DNA of 64,000 nucleotides from Candidatus Anstonella stagnisolia (GTDB taxonomy: Archaea > Micrarchaeota > Micrarchaeia > Anstonellales > Anstonellaceae). The notes under the pieces are model-generated. The model searched no databases. It saw nothing but the letters and a program-made list of their open reading frames with translations, and was not told the origin of the DNA. Position 1 is the first letter of the stretch. Each line of letters opens with the position of its first letter. The translations under genes were made by a program, and so were the position numbers. Below, in pieces: positions 34,084 through 42,767 of the stretch. The stretch is from the NCBI GenBank assembly GCA_902384585.1, contig CABMCJ010000001.1, positions 671-64,670 on the forward strand, in the 5' to 3' direction.

Positions 34084-34473
34084 ATGGCATTAATCGCAAA
34101 CAACAAACCCGTTTCCACGCGCGGCTTCCAGAAGGAAGGCGTAGTGGTAAGCGACAAGGGCAAGCTCACAGTGATAGTGGAGCAGGACCTCACGCGCTAC
34201 ATTGCAAAATACAAAAGGTATGCAAGAAGCTCGTCTCGCATTCCGGCTCACAACCCCGTTGAAATGAACGCGAAAATGGGTGACTTGGTGCGCATCGCGC
34301 AATGCAGGAAAATCTCAAAGACAAAAGCATGGATAGTAACAGCGGTTCTCACACGCAGTGCAAAAGTCGTGCGCGAAAAGCACGAGGAAGTGCAAAGCGT
34401 GGAGAAATTACACGAAGAAAAGCGCGAACGCGCAGCAGCAAGGGCAGGAAAACCTGCAGAGACTGAACAATAG
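34084..34473 (+). CDS. rps17: Ribosomal protein uS17
   Basis: Sequence pattern and order. Confidence 0.92.
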   Translation: MALIANNKPVSTRGFQKEGVVVSDKGKLTVIVEQDLTRYIAKYKRYARSSSRIPAHNPVEMNAKMGDLVRIAQCRKISKTKAWIVTAVLTRSAKVVREKHEEVQSVEKLHEEKRERAAARAGKPAETEQ

Positions 34474-34481
34474 GTGTGCAC

Positions 34482-34880
34482 ATGAAAGGACTAGGATCAA
34501 ACGTAACAAAAGGCCTCTCAACAGGCTCAACAATACTGTGCAACGACAACTCAGGCGCAAAGATAGTGCAGATAATCGGGGTAAAGGGCACGCACGCGGT
34601 TCGCAACATGTACCCAAAGGTGGGCGTGGGCGATATCGTGACAGTTGCGGTGAAGAAAGGCTCGCTTGCAATGAAAAAGAAAATCCTCAAGGCTGTCGTA
34701 GTGCGCCAGAGAAAGGAGTTCAAGCGCCCAAACGGCATGCGCATACAATTCGAGGACAACGCAGTAGTGATAATTGATGACCAGGGATTGCCAGTCGGGA
34801 CAGAAATAAAGGGCGCAATAAGCCGCGAAGTCGCTGACCGCTTCCCAAAGGTAGCCGCAATTGCGGCAGCAGTAGTATGA
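34482..34880 (+). CDS. rpl14: Ribosomal protein uL14
   Basis: MKGLGSNVTKGLSTGSTILCNDNSGAK. The ATG follows GGTGTG. Confidence 0.95.
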   Translation: MKGLGSNVTKGLSTGSTILCNDNSGAKIVQIIGVKGTHAVRNMYPKVGVGDIVTVAVKKGSLAMKKKILKAVVVRQRKEFKRPNGMRIQFEDNAVVIIDDQGLPVGTEIKGAISREVADRFPKVAAIAAAVV

Positions 34881-34890
34881 GATGGTATTT

Positions 34891-35256
34891 ATGATGACAA
34901 CAAGCGCACAGCCAAGAAAACAGCGCAAGTTCCGCTACGAAGCACCAATGCACCTTCGCAGGAAATTCGTGCACGTGCACATTTCAAAGGAGCTTCGCGC
35001 AAAGCTTGGATTAATCGCCCGCAGCACGCTCGTGCACAAGGGCGACAAGGTGAAAATCCGAACAGGCGAGAAGAAAAAGCACGTCGGGAACGTAACCCGC
35101 GTGGACTATTCGCGCTCGCGCCTTTATGTTGAGGGAGTGGTTGCAAAGAACGCAAAGGGCGTTGAAAAGCCAATGGCAGTCCAGCCCTCCAACGTAGAGA
35201 TAATTGAAGGGGACTTCACAAAGGGAATAAGGGCGAAAATGCCCAGGAAAAAATAA
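34891..35256 (+). CDS. rpl24: Ribosomal protein uL24
   Basis: QPRKQRKFRYEAPMHLRRKF...KGDKVKIRTGEKKKHVG (KOW). The start could be 34882 or 34891. Confidence 0.92.
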   Translation: MMTTSAQPRKQRKFRYEAPMHLRRKFVHVHISKELRAKLGLIARSTLVHKGDKVKIRTGEKKKHVGNVTRVDYSRSRLYVEGVVAKNAKGVEKPMAVQPSNVEIIEGDFTKGIRAKMPRKK

Positions 35257-35281
35257 GTGAAAAATAAAATAGGTTGATACT

Positions 35282-35977
35282 ATGGCAAAAAAAGGAGGCT
35301 CACCGCATTACCTGCGCATACGCTCACCGTCTAACCTGCCAATCGCGGGGAAGAAGGAGGAAATGTGGCTGCTCTCATCCGCACCAGGCCCGCACGCAAA
35401 GAACTCAAGCATTTCTCTTGGCGTTCTTATGCGCGACGTGCTCAAGGTAGTTGCAACAGTGCGCGAGTGCAAGAAAATTCTCGGCGCAAAGCAGGTGCTC
35501 GTGAACGGCGTAGCTCAAAAGGAAACAAAGCTCCCAATCGGCCTCATGGACGTAATCGCACTCCCTTCCGCAGGAAAATACTACAGGATGGGAATACGCG
35601 CTTTCAGGCTCCAGCCGGTTGAGATAACAGCCGAAGAGGCAAAGAAGCAATTCCTCAAGGTCGTGAAAAAGCACACGATTGCAGGCGGAAAAGTATGCAT
35701 CACATTCCACAATGGAAGGAACCTCATTGCTGACAACGACCTCAAGGTCGGCGACACAGTGATATTCTCGGACAAGAAAATCCTCAAGGTGCTCAAGTTC
35801 AAGAGCGGCGCACGCTGCCTTGTCGTATCCGGAAAGCACGCAGGCGACATTGCGCAGTTTGAATCGCTCATAGAAAGGACCGGCAGCATGGATGCAGAAG
35901 CAAAGCTCAAGGGGGCAAACAGCGAATTCGTGACAGTCGCGAAATACCTCTTTGCAGTGGATGAAACGTTCAATTAG
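35282..35977 (+). CDS. rps4e: Ribosomal protein eS4
   Basis: KKGGSPHYLRIRSP...GPH, and order. Confidence 0.93.
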   Translation: MAKKGGSPHYLRIRSPSNLPIAGKKEEMWLLSSAPGPHAKNSSISLGVLMRDVLKVVATVRECKKILGAKQVLVNGVAQKETKLPIGLMDVIALPSAGKYYRMGIRAFRLQPVEITAEEAKKQFLKVVKKHTIAGGKVCITFHNGRNLIADNDLKVGDTVIFSDKKILKVLKFKSGARCLVVSGKHAGDIAQFESLIERTGSMDAEAKLKGANSEFVTVAKYLFAVDETFN

Positions 35978-35985
35978 GTGTTAAG

Positions 35986-36489
35986 ATGGAAATGAGAGAA
36001 CCAAAGGTTGACAAGGTGACCCTGAACATCGGCGTAGGCCACGCAGGGGCAGACCTTGAAAACGCAAAATCACTGCTCACGCGCCTTTCCGGCTGCAAGT
36101 CAGTTGCAACAACCGCGCACGTTCGCAACCCGGTCTTCAAGATAAAGAAGGGAGACCCGATTGGCGCAAAAACAACAATGCGCGGCAAGGTCGCACTTGA
36201 CTTCCTGAAGAAAGCGCTCGCAGTAAAGGCGAATTCGCTTCCTGCAAAATCATTTGACTCAAGAGGAAACTTCTCATTCGGCGTTCCCGAATACATTGAC
36301 ATACAGGGCGCAAAGTACGACCCGCAAATCGGAATCATTGGGTTTGACGTGTGCGTAACGCTCAAGAGAAACGGCTACAGGGTAGCAACAAGAAGGCGCG
36401 CATGCGCAAAAATCGGAAAGAAGCATCTGCTCACAAAGGAGGACGGGATTGAGTTCGCAAAAGCAGAACTTGGAATAACCGTCGTATAA
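35986..36489 (+). CDS. rpl5: Ribosomal protein uL5
   Basis: Sequence pattern and order. Confidence 0.93.
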   Translation: MEMREPKVDKVTLNIGVGHAGADLENAKSLLTRLSGCKSVATTAHVRNPVFKIKKGDPIGAKTTMRGKVALDFLKKALAVKANSLPAKSFDSRGNFSFGVPEYIDIQGAKYDPQIGIIGFDVCVTLKRNGYRVATRRRACAKIGKKHLLTKEDGIEFAKAELGITVV

Positions 36490-36500
36490 GAAATGGTGAT

Positions 36501-36683
36501 ATGTTGGTAGAAAAGAAAGCAAAAAGAAAATCCCTGGCACTCGAGTTCCGACAAAAGGGAAAGGGAAAGCGCAAATGCCGCTTCTGCGGAAATGCGCGCG
36601 GCATGATACGCAGCTTCGGGCTGCAGACTTGCCGCAGGTGCTTTAGGGAGGTAGCCGAAAACATCGGCTTCCGGAAATTTTAG
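36501..36683 (+). CDS. rps14: Ribosomal protein uS14 (zinc type)
   Basis: CRFCGNARGMIRSFGLQTCRRCFRE. Confidence 0.93.
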   Translation: MLVEKKAKRKSLALEFRQKGKGKRKCRFCGNARGMIRSFGLQTCRRCFREVAENIGFRKF

Positions 36684-36691
36684 GTGAAATT

Positions 36692-37078
36692 ATGGCAAAT
36701 GATTTGCTCGCAGACGCGCTCAACACGATAAAAACGCACGAACACTTTGGCAAGCCCACATGTGAGGTGAAACCAAGCAAGCTCGTGCGCGAAACGCTCA
36801 AGATACTCCAGGCACGCGGCTTCATAGGGGACTTTGAGTTCGTGGACGACGGCAAAAGCGGGCAGTTCAGGATTAAGCTTCTGGGGAAAGTGAACAAGTG
36901 CGGCGCAATAAAGCCCCGCTACCCCATAAAGGGCGTGCAGTGGAACGAATGGGAACAGAAATACATTCCCGGAGTAGGCTTCGGGCTTCTCATCGTATCC
37001 ACCTCAGCAGGCCTGATGACAAACGAGGAAGCAAAGCAAAAGGGAATGGGCGGCAGGCTCATAGCATTCATATACTAA
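36692..37078 (+). CDS. rps8: Ribosomal protein uS8
   Basis: DLLADALNTIKTHE, and order. Confidence 0.93.
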   Translation: MANDLLADALNTIKTHEHFGKPTCEVKPSKLVRETLKILQARGFIGDFEFVDDGKSGQFRIKLLGKVNKCGAIKPRYPIKGVQWNEWEQKYIPGVGFGLLIVSTSAGLMTNEEAKQKGMGGRLIAFIY

Positions 37079-37088
37079 AGTGATACAC

Positions 37089-37574
37089 ATGATAAAAGTA
37101 CCAGCAGGCGTAACAACAAAGCTCGAGGGATGCACCCTCACGCTCAAGGGGCCAAAGGGAGAAGTGAAATACACCTTCCCAAAGAGCGTGAAGCTCATCG
37201 TGCAGGCAGATTCCCTTGACGCAACAGGTCCCATCGCAATGCAGAACACGTCCCTGGCGCACATGCGCAACCTCGTGCACGGCGTTACAGCAGGGTATTC
37301 ACAAAAGCTCAAGGTAATTTTCGCTCACTTCCCAATGTCCCTTGAAACAAAGGGCACGAAATTCATGATAAAGAATTTCATTGGCGAGAAGCAGCCCAGA
37401 ATCGCAAACATAATCGGCAACACGAAAATAGAAGTAAAGGGGCAGGACCTCACAATAAGCGGCTGCTCAAAGGAGCACGTCGGGCAGACGATTGCGAACA
37501 TACGCAGCGCAACAAAAATACGCAACCGCGACAGCAGGGTTTTCCAGGATGGCATTTACCCAGTGAATGAATAA
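37089..37574 (+). CDS. rpl6: Ribosomal protein uL6
   Basis: Pattern and order. The ATG at 37089 follows GTGATAC. Confidence 0.92.
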   Translation: MIKVPAGVTTKLEGCTLTLKGPKGEVKYTFPKSVKLIVQADSLDATGPIAMQNTSLAHMRNLVHGVTAGYSQKLKVIFAHFPMSLETKGTKFMIKNFIGEKQPRIANIIGNTKIEVKGQDLTISGCSKEHVGQTIANIRSATKIRNRDSRVFQDGIYPVNE

Positions 37575-37583
37575 GTGATATTT

Positions 37584-37931
37584 ATGGCAGAGATAAAAAA
37601 GAAAAAGCACCCGCACTTCCACCGGCCCAACTACGGGAGAAAATCCCGAGAGAGAATAGGGCACGCATGGAGAACCTCAAGGGGAATTGACAACAAGAAG
37701 CGCCTCAAGCTAAAATACATGGGCGCATCCCCGTCAATCGGGCACCGCAATGCAAAGAGCGTGCGCAATTTGCACCCGCTGGGCCTGCCTGAGATTCTCG
37801 CTCACAATGCAAAAGAGCTTATAGGCGCGAAAAATGTGGTCGTGCGCATAGCAGGCGGAGTGGGCGTGCTAAAACGCGCGCTCATAATAAAGAAAGCGCA
37901 GGAGCTCAACCTCAAGGTTCTTAACAAGTGA
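37584..37931 (+). CDS. rpl32e: Ribosomal protein eL32
   Basis: HPHFHRPNYGRKSRERIGHAWRTSRGIDNKKR. Confidence 0.92.
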   Translation: MAEIKKKKHPHFHRPNYGRKSRERIGHAWRTSRGIDNKKRLKLKYMGASPSIGHRNAKSVRNLHPLGLPEILAHNAKELIGAKNVVVRIAGGVGVLKRALIIKKAQELNLKVLNK

Positions 37932-37936
37932 TTATT

Positions 37937-38434
37937 ATGGGAGTAAAAACAATACGCAGGATGGCTGCAGACATTCTCAAGGTCGGCGAGAACCGCATAA
38001 AGTTCGAGCCAACGCAGCTTCAAAAAATAGAAGAGGCGCTTACGCGCGAAGACGTGCGCAGCCTGATTGACAACGGCACAATAATAGTTCTTCCGAAACT
38101 CGGCGTAGGAAAGGGACGCGCACGAAAGCGCGCAGCGCAAAAGAGGAAAGGAAGAAGGCGCGGGTACGGAAGCCGCCGCGGCACAAAATCCGGCCGCTCC
38201 GACGCAAAGGAAGAGTGGATGGTGCGCGTGCGCTCGCTTCGCGTAACGCTTGGAAAGCTCAAGGACGACGGAAAAGTAAACTCCGCAAACGCACGCAAGC
38301 TTTATCTCATGATAAAGGGGCGCGCATTTAGGGGAATCGCAAACATGCTTGCATACATAAAGGAAAACAAGCTTGGGGACATTGAAGACAAGCCCAAGAA
38401 AGCCGCAAAGGCAAAGAAAGTTGAGAAACAATAA
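37937..38434 (+). CDS. rpl19e: Ribosomal protein eL19
   Basis: VKTIRRMAADILKVGENRIKF. Confidence 0.92.
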   Translation: MGVKTIRRMAADILKVGENRIKFEPTQLQKIEEALTREDVRSLIDNGTIIVLPKLGVGKGRARKRAAQKRKGRRRGYGSRRGTKSGRSDAKEEWMVRVRSLRVTLGKLKDDGKVNSANARKLYLMIKGRAFRGIANMLAYIKENKLGDIEDKPKKAAKAKKVEKQ

Positions 38435-38451
38435 GCTAGAATGGTGTAATT

Positions 38452-39021
38452 ATGTCAAAAGCAACAGGACCGGTATACAAAGTGGCATTCAGGCGCCGAA
38501 GGCAAAGCCTTACGAACTACGCAAAGCGCCTCGCACTCGTGAAGGCAGAGCTTCCACGCATGGTGGTGCGCAAATCCCGCAAGGGAGTGCTTGTGCAGTT
38601 CGTGCAGTTTTCCCCAGAGGGAGACAATGTGCTTGCGTGCGCAAAATCCTCGCAGCTCTCAAAGTTCGGCTGGTGCCCAAGGAGAAATACCCCAAGCGCA
38701 TACCTTACCGGAATGCTTGCGGCAAAGCTCGCAGCATCCAAAAAGGTTTCGGACTTTGTGCTTGACATCGGGCTTGCAACCCCCTCAAAGGGCGCAATAG
38801 TGTTCGCAGCAGCGCAGGGCGCGCTTGATGCCGGCTTGAAGACAAGCTTTGACTCCAAAATGATTGACGCTTCGCGCATAAAGGGCGAGCACATTGCAAA
38901 ATACGCAGGCTCCGCATCCGGAACGCAATTCGCCTCATACTCAAAGCAGAATTTCGACCCAAAGAAAATCGCAGAAGCGTTTGCGGCTGCAAAGCAGAAA
39001 ATAACTGACGGAAAATGGTGA
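38452..39021 (+). CDS. rpl18: Ribosomal protein uL18
   Basis: YKVAFRRRRQSLTNYAKRLALV...PRMVVRKSRKGVLVQF. Confidence 0.93.
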   Translation: MSKATGPVYKVAFRRRRQSLTNYAKRLALVKAELPRMVVRKSRKGVLVQFVQFSPEGDNVLACAKSSQLSKFGWCPRRNTPSAYLTGMLAAKLAASKKVSDFVLDIGLATPSKGAIVFAAAQGALDAGLKTSFDSKMIDASRIKGEHIAKYAGSASGTQFASYSKQNFDPKKIAEAFAAAKQKITDGKW

Positions 39022-39025
39022 TACT

Positions 39026-39736
39026 TTGTTCAATAGACGCGACAAACGAAACATGGGCCCGACCAAGGAAGAGATAGTAGCCGCATGGGTGCCAAAAAGC
39101 GACATCGGCAAAAAGGTAAAGGCAAAGCAAATCCTCTCCATAGAGGAAATTTACGACATGGGCGGCACAATCCTTGAGGCCGAAATCGCGGACGCGCTCC
39201 TTCCGAATTTGCAGGAAGAGACACTTGAAGTTTCAAGCACGCAGCGCATGACAGACTGCGGAAGGAAAATGCAGTTCCGCGCAATCGTGCTCGTAGGCGA
39301 CAAGAACGGGCATTTTGGAATCGGAAGCGGAAAGAGCGAGGAAGTAAAGCCCGCAATAGAGTCCGCAGTAAAGGACGCAAAGCGCAACATCGTATGCGTG
39401 CCACTCGGATGCGGCTCATGGGAATGCGGATGCAAGACAGCGCACTCAATCCCCATCAAGGTAATCGGAAAGCAGGGTTCAGTGGAAGTTACGCTCAAGC
39501 CAGCCCCGCGCGGGCTTGGCATTGCAGCAAACAAGATAGTAAAGAAAGTGCTCACATTTGCAGGCGTAAAAGACGTGTGGAGCTTCTCACGAGGGCACAC
39601 GGAAACAATATTCAACAATGCAATGGCAGTAAGGGCAGCATTGCAGGGCCTGAACACAATGCGCTTTGAGGGCGAATGGAAGGCAAAGCTCAAGAGCGTT
39701 GAAATGGCTGCACCAGCAGCAGAGGCAAGCGCTTAA
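39026..39736 (+). CDS. rps5: Ribosomal protein uS5
   Basis: FRAIVLVGDKNGHFGIGSGKSEEVKPAIESAVKDAKRN. TTG start after GGTGAT (the ATG at 39050 is possible). Confidence 0.92.
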   Translation: MFNRRDKRNMGPTKEEIVAAWVPKSDIGKKVKAKQILSIEEIYDMGGTILEAEIADALLPNLQEETLEVSSTQRMTDCGRKMQFRAIVLVGDKNGHFGIGSGKSEEVKPAIESAVKDAKRNIVCVPLGCGSWECGCKTAHSIPIKVIGKQGSVEVTLKPAPRGLGIAANKIVKKVLTFAGVKDVWSFSRGHTETIFNNAMAVRAALQGLNTMRFEGEWKAKLKSVEMAAPAAEASA

Positions 39737-39765
39737 ATTTGATGTTTAAATTGGAGGTTATGCTT

Positions 39766-40212
39766 ATGAAATGCATCGCAGTTGTCCGCGTGCGCGGATT
39801 GTTCTCAAACCCGCCTGACGTGCGAAAAACAATGGAATGCCTCAAGCTCAAGAAGGTGAACAGCTGCAACCTTTTTGCAGACACGCCCCAAAACCTTGGC
39901 ATGCTTAACCTTGTGCGCGACTTTGTTGCGTTCGGAGAGGTTTCAAAAGAAACAGTTACTGCTCTTCTCGCAAAAAGGGGCAAATCCGAAAAGGGCAAGC
40001 TTTCTCTAGTTTCTAACGAGAAAGAGATTGCGGCATTCGCTGCAAAGGCGCACGAGAACCCAAAAGCTCTCGTGGAACTTGGGATTTCAACCCCGTTCTT
40101 CCTCTCACCGCCCGCAGGCGGCTACGATGAGACAAAATTCAAGTACCCGAAAGGTGCTCTCGGAAGAAGGGCGGACATGGACAAGCTCCTGAAGGCAATG
40201 CTTAGGATTTAG
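39766..40212 (+). CDS. rpl30: Ribosomal protein uL30
   Basis: MKCIAVVRVRG...VRKTMECLKLKKVN. The ATG lies 8 nt after GGAGG. Confidence 0.9.
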   Translation: MKCIAVVRVRGLFSNPPDVRKTMECLKLKKVNSCNLFADTPQNLGMLNLVRDFVAFGEVSKETVTALLAKRGKSEKGKLSLVSNEKEIAAFAAKAHENPKALVELGISTPFFLSPPAGGYDETKFKYPKGALGRRADMDKLLKAMLRI

Positions 40213-40226
40213 ATTTAGGTGTGAAT

Positions 40227-40664
40227 ATGATTACAAAAAGAAAAACAAAAAGAAGGCGAAAATTCCTGGGCAGCGGCTCATACGGCAAGGGAAATGCCAA
40301 GAACAATCGAGGAAAGGGCAACAAGGGAGGCTGGGGACGCGCAGGAATGGGCAAGCACCGCATGACTTACATTACAAGCAAGGAGCCGGAGTTCCTCACA
40401 AGAGGAGGCTTCACAATGCCCCGCGCAATCACGCTCAAGTGCATAAACGTCTTTGAAATAGAACAAAAGGCAATGGCAGGCAAGCTCCAGAGCAAGGACG
40501 GAAAGCTCTTCTTTGAGTTCCCCGGAAAGGTTCTTGGAAGCGGCAAAATTTCCGCGGCAGTGCACGTGCGCGCAATCACATTTGCGGCAGGCGCAAAGGC
40601 GAAAATAGAAAAGGCAGGCGGAAAAGCCGAGAGCCTTGCGCAGCCTTCCAAGGAAAAGAAGTAG
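40227..40664 (+). CDS. rpl15: Ribosomal protein uL15
   Basis: MITKRKTKRRRKFLGSGSYGKGNAKNNRGKGNKGG. Confidence 0.93.
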   Translation: MITKRKTKRRRKFLGSGSYGKGNAKNNRGKGNKGGWGRAGMGKHRMTYITSKEPEFLTRGGFTMPRAITLKCINVFEIEQKAMAGKLQSKDGKLFFEFPGKVLGSGKISAAVHVRAITFAAGAKAKIEKAGGKAESLAQPSKEKK

Positions 40665-40702
40665 CTGCCCTCGTCCTTGAAGAAATAAGCGAATCCCTTC
40701 TC

Positions 40703-40726
40703 TTTAGTGGTAAAAAGCCCACTAAA
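40703..40726 (+). terminator. Hairpin TTTAGTGG-N8-CCACTAAA after uL15
   Basis: 8-bp inverted repeat 39 nt after the uL15 stop, immediately before a consensus TATA box. Confidence 0.4.
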
Positions 40727-40735
40727 AGGGATATC

Positions 40736-40743
40736 TTTATAAA
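40736..40743 (+). promoter_or_regulatory. TATA box TTTATAAA for the inserted island
   Basis: Context ATCTTTATAAAC. It lies 18-24 nt before the ATGs at 40761/40767, implying a leaderless or near-leaderless transcript. Confidence 0.5.
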
Positions 40744-40760
40744 CTTCAAATGCGCAATTT

Positions 40761-41957
40761 ATGCTTATGAAACAAACACTTAGCCCAGGTGCTACAAGCC
40801 CGGCTGCCAGGCGCGCTGCAAAAGATTTTGAGCTCGCGCGCATGGTGCACGAAATAAACACTATAATTGCAAGGAGCCTTGGCAAGCCGCTGCCGGAACC
40901 GCCGCAGCTTTCAGCTTTCGTTCCAAAAGAAACCCAAAGAAAAGCACGTGCAAAAAAAGAAACAATACAGGCTGTTAACGTGCAGGCAATGGACAAGGTT
41001 TCCCCTCTTATTGAAGCAAAGATGCAGACTGCCGAATCCTCAAGGAAACTGCGCGCCGCAATGGAACTGAGCAGGAAAAAGCCCAATATGCAGGCGCAAA
41101 TAGATTCCCTAATTGCAGAAGTTCGTGCAAACGAATCAAAAGTTGCTGCGCTTGAAGGCAGGGTCGCAGAGCTTGAAAGCAACCAGATTGGAAATTCTGC
41201 ATTTGTTCCTGCACACGTTGAAATTGTTCCTTCCCAAAACGAATCAACCGCAGCACTTAGCTCCAGCCAATGCCTGGTTGCGCTCCCAATAGAATTTGAT
41301 TTCCAGGGGCATCTGGACGCGGCAGGCATAAGCGACAACGTAAAAAGCGTCTACCTTCCCCTTTTGAAAGGCGTTGAAAAACCTTCGCAGATAACAAAGC
41401 TCAAGGCAATACAGTGGGCTCTCAAGAACGGCGTTTCCGATGAGCTCATACTGTCCGTATTCGAAGTCCTTGGCGCAAAGCAGGCATTTGAGCACGGTTA
41501 CGAATACTACAACCTGCAGTCGTTGCTCCTATCCGACATATCAAATTACCTAACGTTCCTTGAGCGCGCGCAGGTTGCACGCTCGTTTGGCAGGGCAGTC
41601 CAAATGAGCCACATAGAAGACGAATTGCGTGACAAGCACGGCGAGCGCATAAACGTGTCCAACATATTATTTGATTATCTTGTAAGGAAATGCGGAATGC
41701 CTGCGGGCAAAGTCGCTGCTTTCAACGTGGCGCTTATGCATGCGTGCTGCTCGGGCACAAAGCCCAAATTATCCATAAATGACTTCGTAGCAAACGGGCA
41801 TCATTTTTCCAACCTGAGCATGCTTGCGTCCCATGTGCGCGAAAATATGCCGGAAATAGCCCAGCACATAAGCCTTCTAGCTGAAATAGAACCCACAGAT
41901 GCGCATCTTCTTGTGCGCCAGGCAATCGGTCACATTGAGCGCAACAAGCCCAAGTAA
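40761..41957 (+). CDS. Hypothetical coiled-coil protein (398 aa)
   Basis: ORF track only. The N-terminal third is charged and coiled-coil (IDSLIAEVRANESKVAALEGRVAELES); the C-terminal globular part has no motif I recognise. Confidence 0.55.
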   Translation: MLMKQTLSPGATSPAARRAAKDFELARMVHEINTIIARSLGKPLPEPPQLSAFVPKETQRKARAKKETIQAVNVQAMDKVSPLIEAKMQTAESSRKLRAAMELSRKKPNMQAQIDSLIAEVRANESKVAALEGRVAELESNQIGNSAFVPAHVEIVPSQNESTAALSSSQCLVALPIEFDFQGHLDAAGISDNVKSVYLPLLKGVEKPSQITKLKAIQWALKNGVSDELILSVFEVLGAKQAFEHGYEYYNLQSLLLSDISNYLTFLERAQVARSFGRAVQMSHIEDELRDKHGERINVSNILFDYLVRKCGMPAGKVAAFNVALMHACCSGTKPKLSINDFVANGHHFSNLSMLASHVRENMPEIAQHISLLAEIEPTDAHLLVRQAIGHIERNKPK

Positions 41958-42037
41958 CCAGCGCTAAAATCCGCGCAGCCTTCTTACCAATACGAATATA
42001 AACCATCAATCCGTCTCTCTATAAAGAGGCGGTTGCG

Positions 42038-42388
42038 TTGGCGAAAAAAATCCTGGTTGTTGATGATGTTTTTGACGATTTGCACTCAATGAAAATACTT
42101 CTTGAAAAGGAGGGTTACACCGTGCTTAGCGCAACAAACGGCGCGCAGGCGCTCGACATTGCAAGGTCCATAAAACCCGACCTTATGCTTATTGACGTGC
42201 GCATGCCCACGCTCTCGGGCTACGACCTGCTCATGCTCATGCGCGAAAAATTCAACCACAACATAAAAATGCTCTACGTCTCCATACTGCCGCAAAAAGA
42301 AGTCATCCAAACCGATGCGGACGGCTTCATACAAAAGCCCTTTTCCCCTTCAGTTTTCATTTCCGCCGTGAAGAAGGCGCTCAAGTAA
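42038..42388 (+). CDS. Stand-alone response-regulator receiver (CheY-like) 1
   Basis: KILVVDDVFDD...PDLMLIDVRMPTLSGYDLL...KP; no output domain. TTG start as drawn. Confidence 0.8.
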   Translation: MAKKILVVDDVFDDLHSMKILLEKEGYTVLSATNGAQALDIARSIKPDLMLIDVRMPTLSGYDLLMLMREKFNHNIKMLYVSILPQKEVIQTDADGFIQKPFSPSVFISAVKKALK

Positions 42389-42408
42389 TTTCCCCGGAGG
42401 TGAGCAGC

Positions 42409-42759
42409 ATGGCAAAAACAATAATGGTTGTTGATGACGAGGAAGACATACGCTCAAGCGTGAAAACCGTGCTTGAGAAAAACGGCTTTTCCGTCATCAC
42501 AGCAATAAACGGCGACGACTGCCTTAAGCAGCTGAAAACAAAAAAGCCCGACCTTGTGCTCATGGACATCATGATGCCCGGAACCCCCGTGCGCGACGTC
42601 GTGCCGCAGATAAAGGGAAAAGTAATCTACTTAAGCGTGGTGCGCGTTTCAGAGGCGGAAAGGATAGACCTGCTCAAGTCCAAGAACGTGGTAGATTTCA
42701 TACAAAAGCCCTTTGACATAAACGAGCTTGTGAAGCGCGTGAAAAAGGCAACCGCATAG
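42409..42759 (+). CDS. Stand-alone response-regulator receiver (CheY-like) 2
   Basis: MAKTIMVVDDEEDIR...PDLVLMDIMMPG...KPF. The ATG follows GGAGGTGA. Confidence 0.85.
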   Translation: MAKTIMVVDDEEDIRSSVKTVLEKNGFSVITAINGDDCLKQLKTKKPDLVLMDIMMPGTPVRDVVPQIKGKVIYLSVVRVSEAERIDLLKSKNVVDFIQKPFDINELVKRVKKATA

Positions 42760-42767
42760 GGGTTTCC

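Noticed and set aside
42017-42025. TATA-like TCTATAAAG just upstream of the first receiver gene.
   Set aside because: It lies only ~13 nt before the TTG start. A TSS about 25 nt downstream would truncate the receiver's acidic pocket, so the gene is more likely co-transcribed with the upstream gene.
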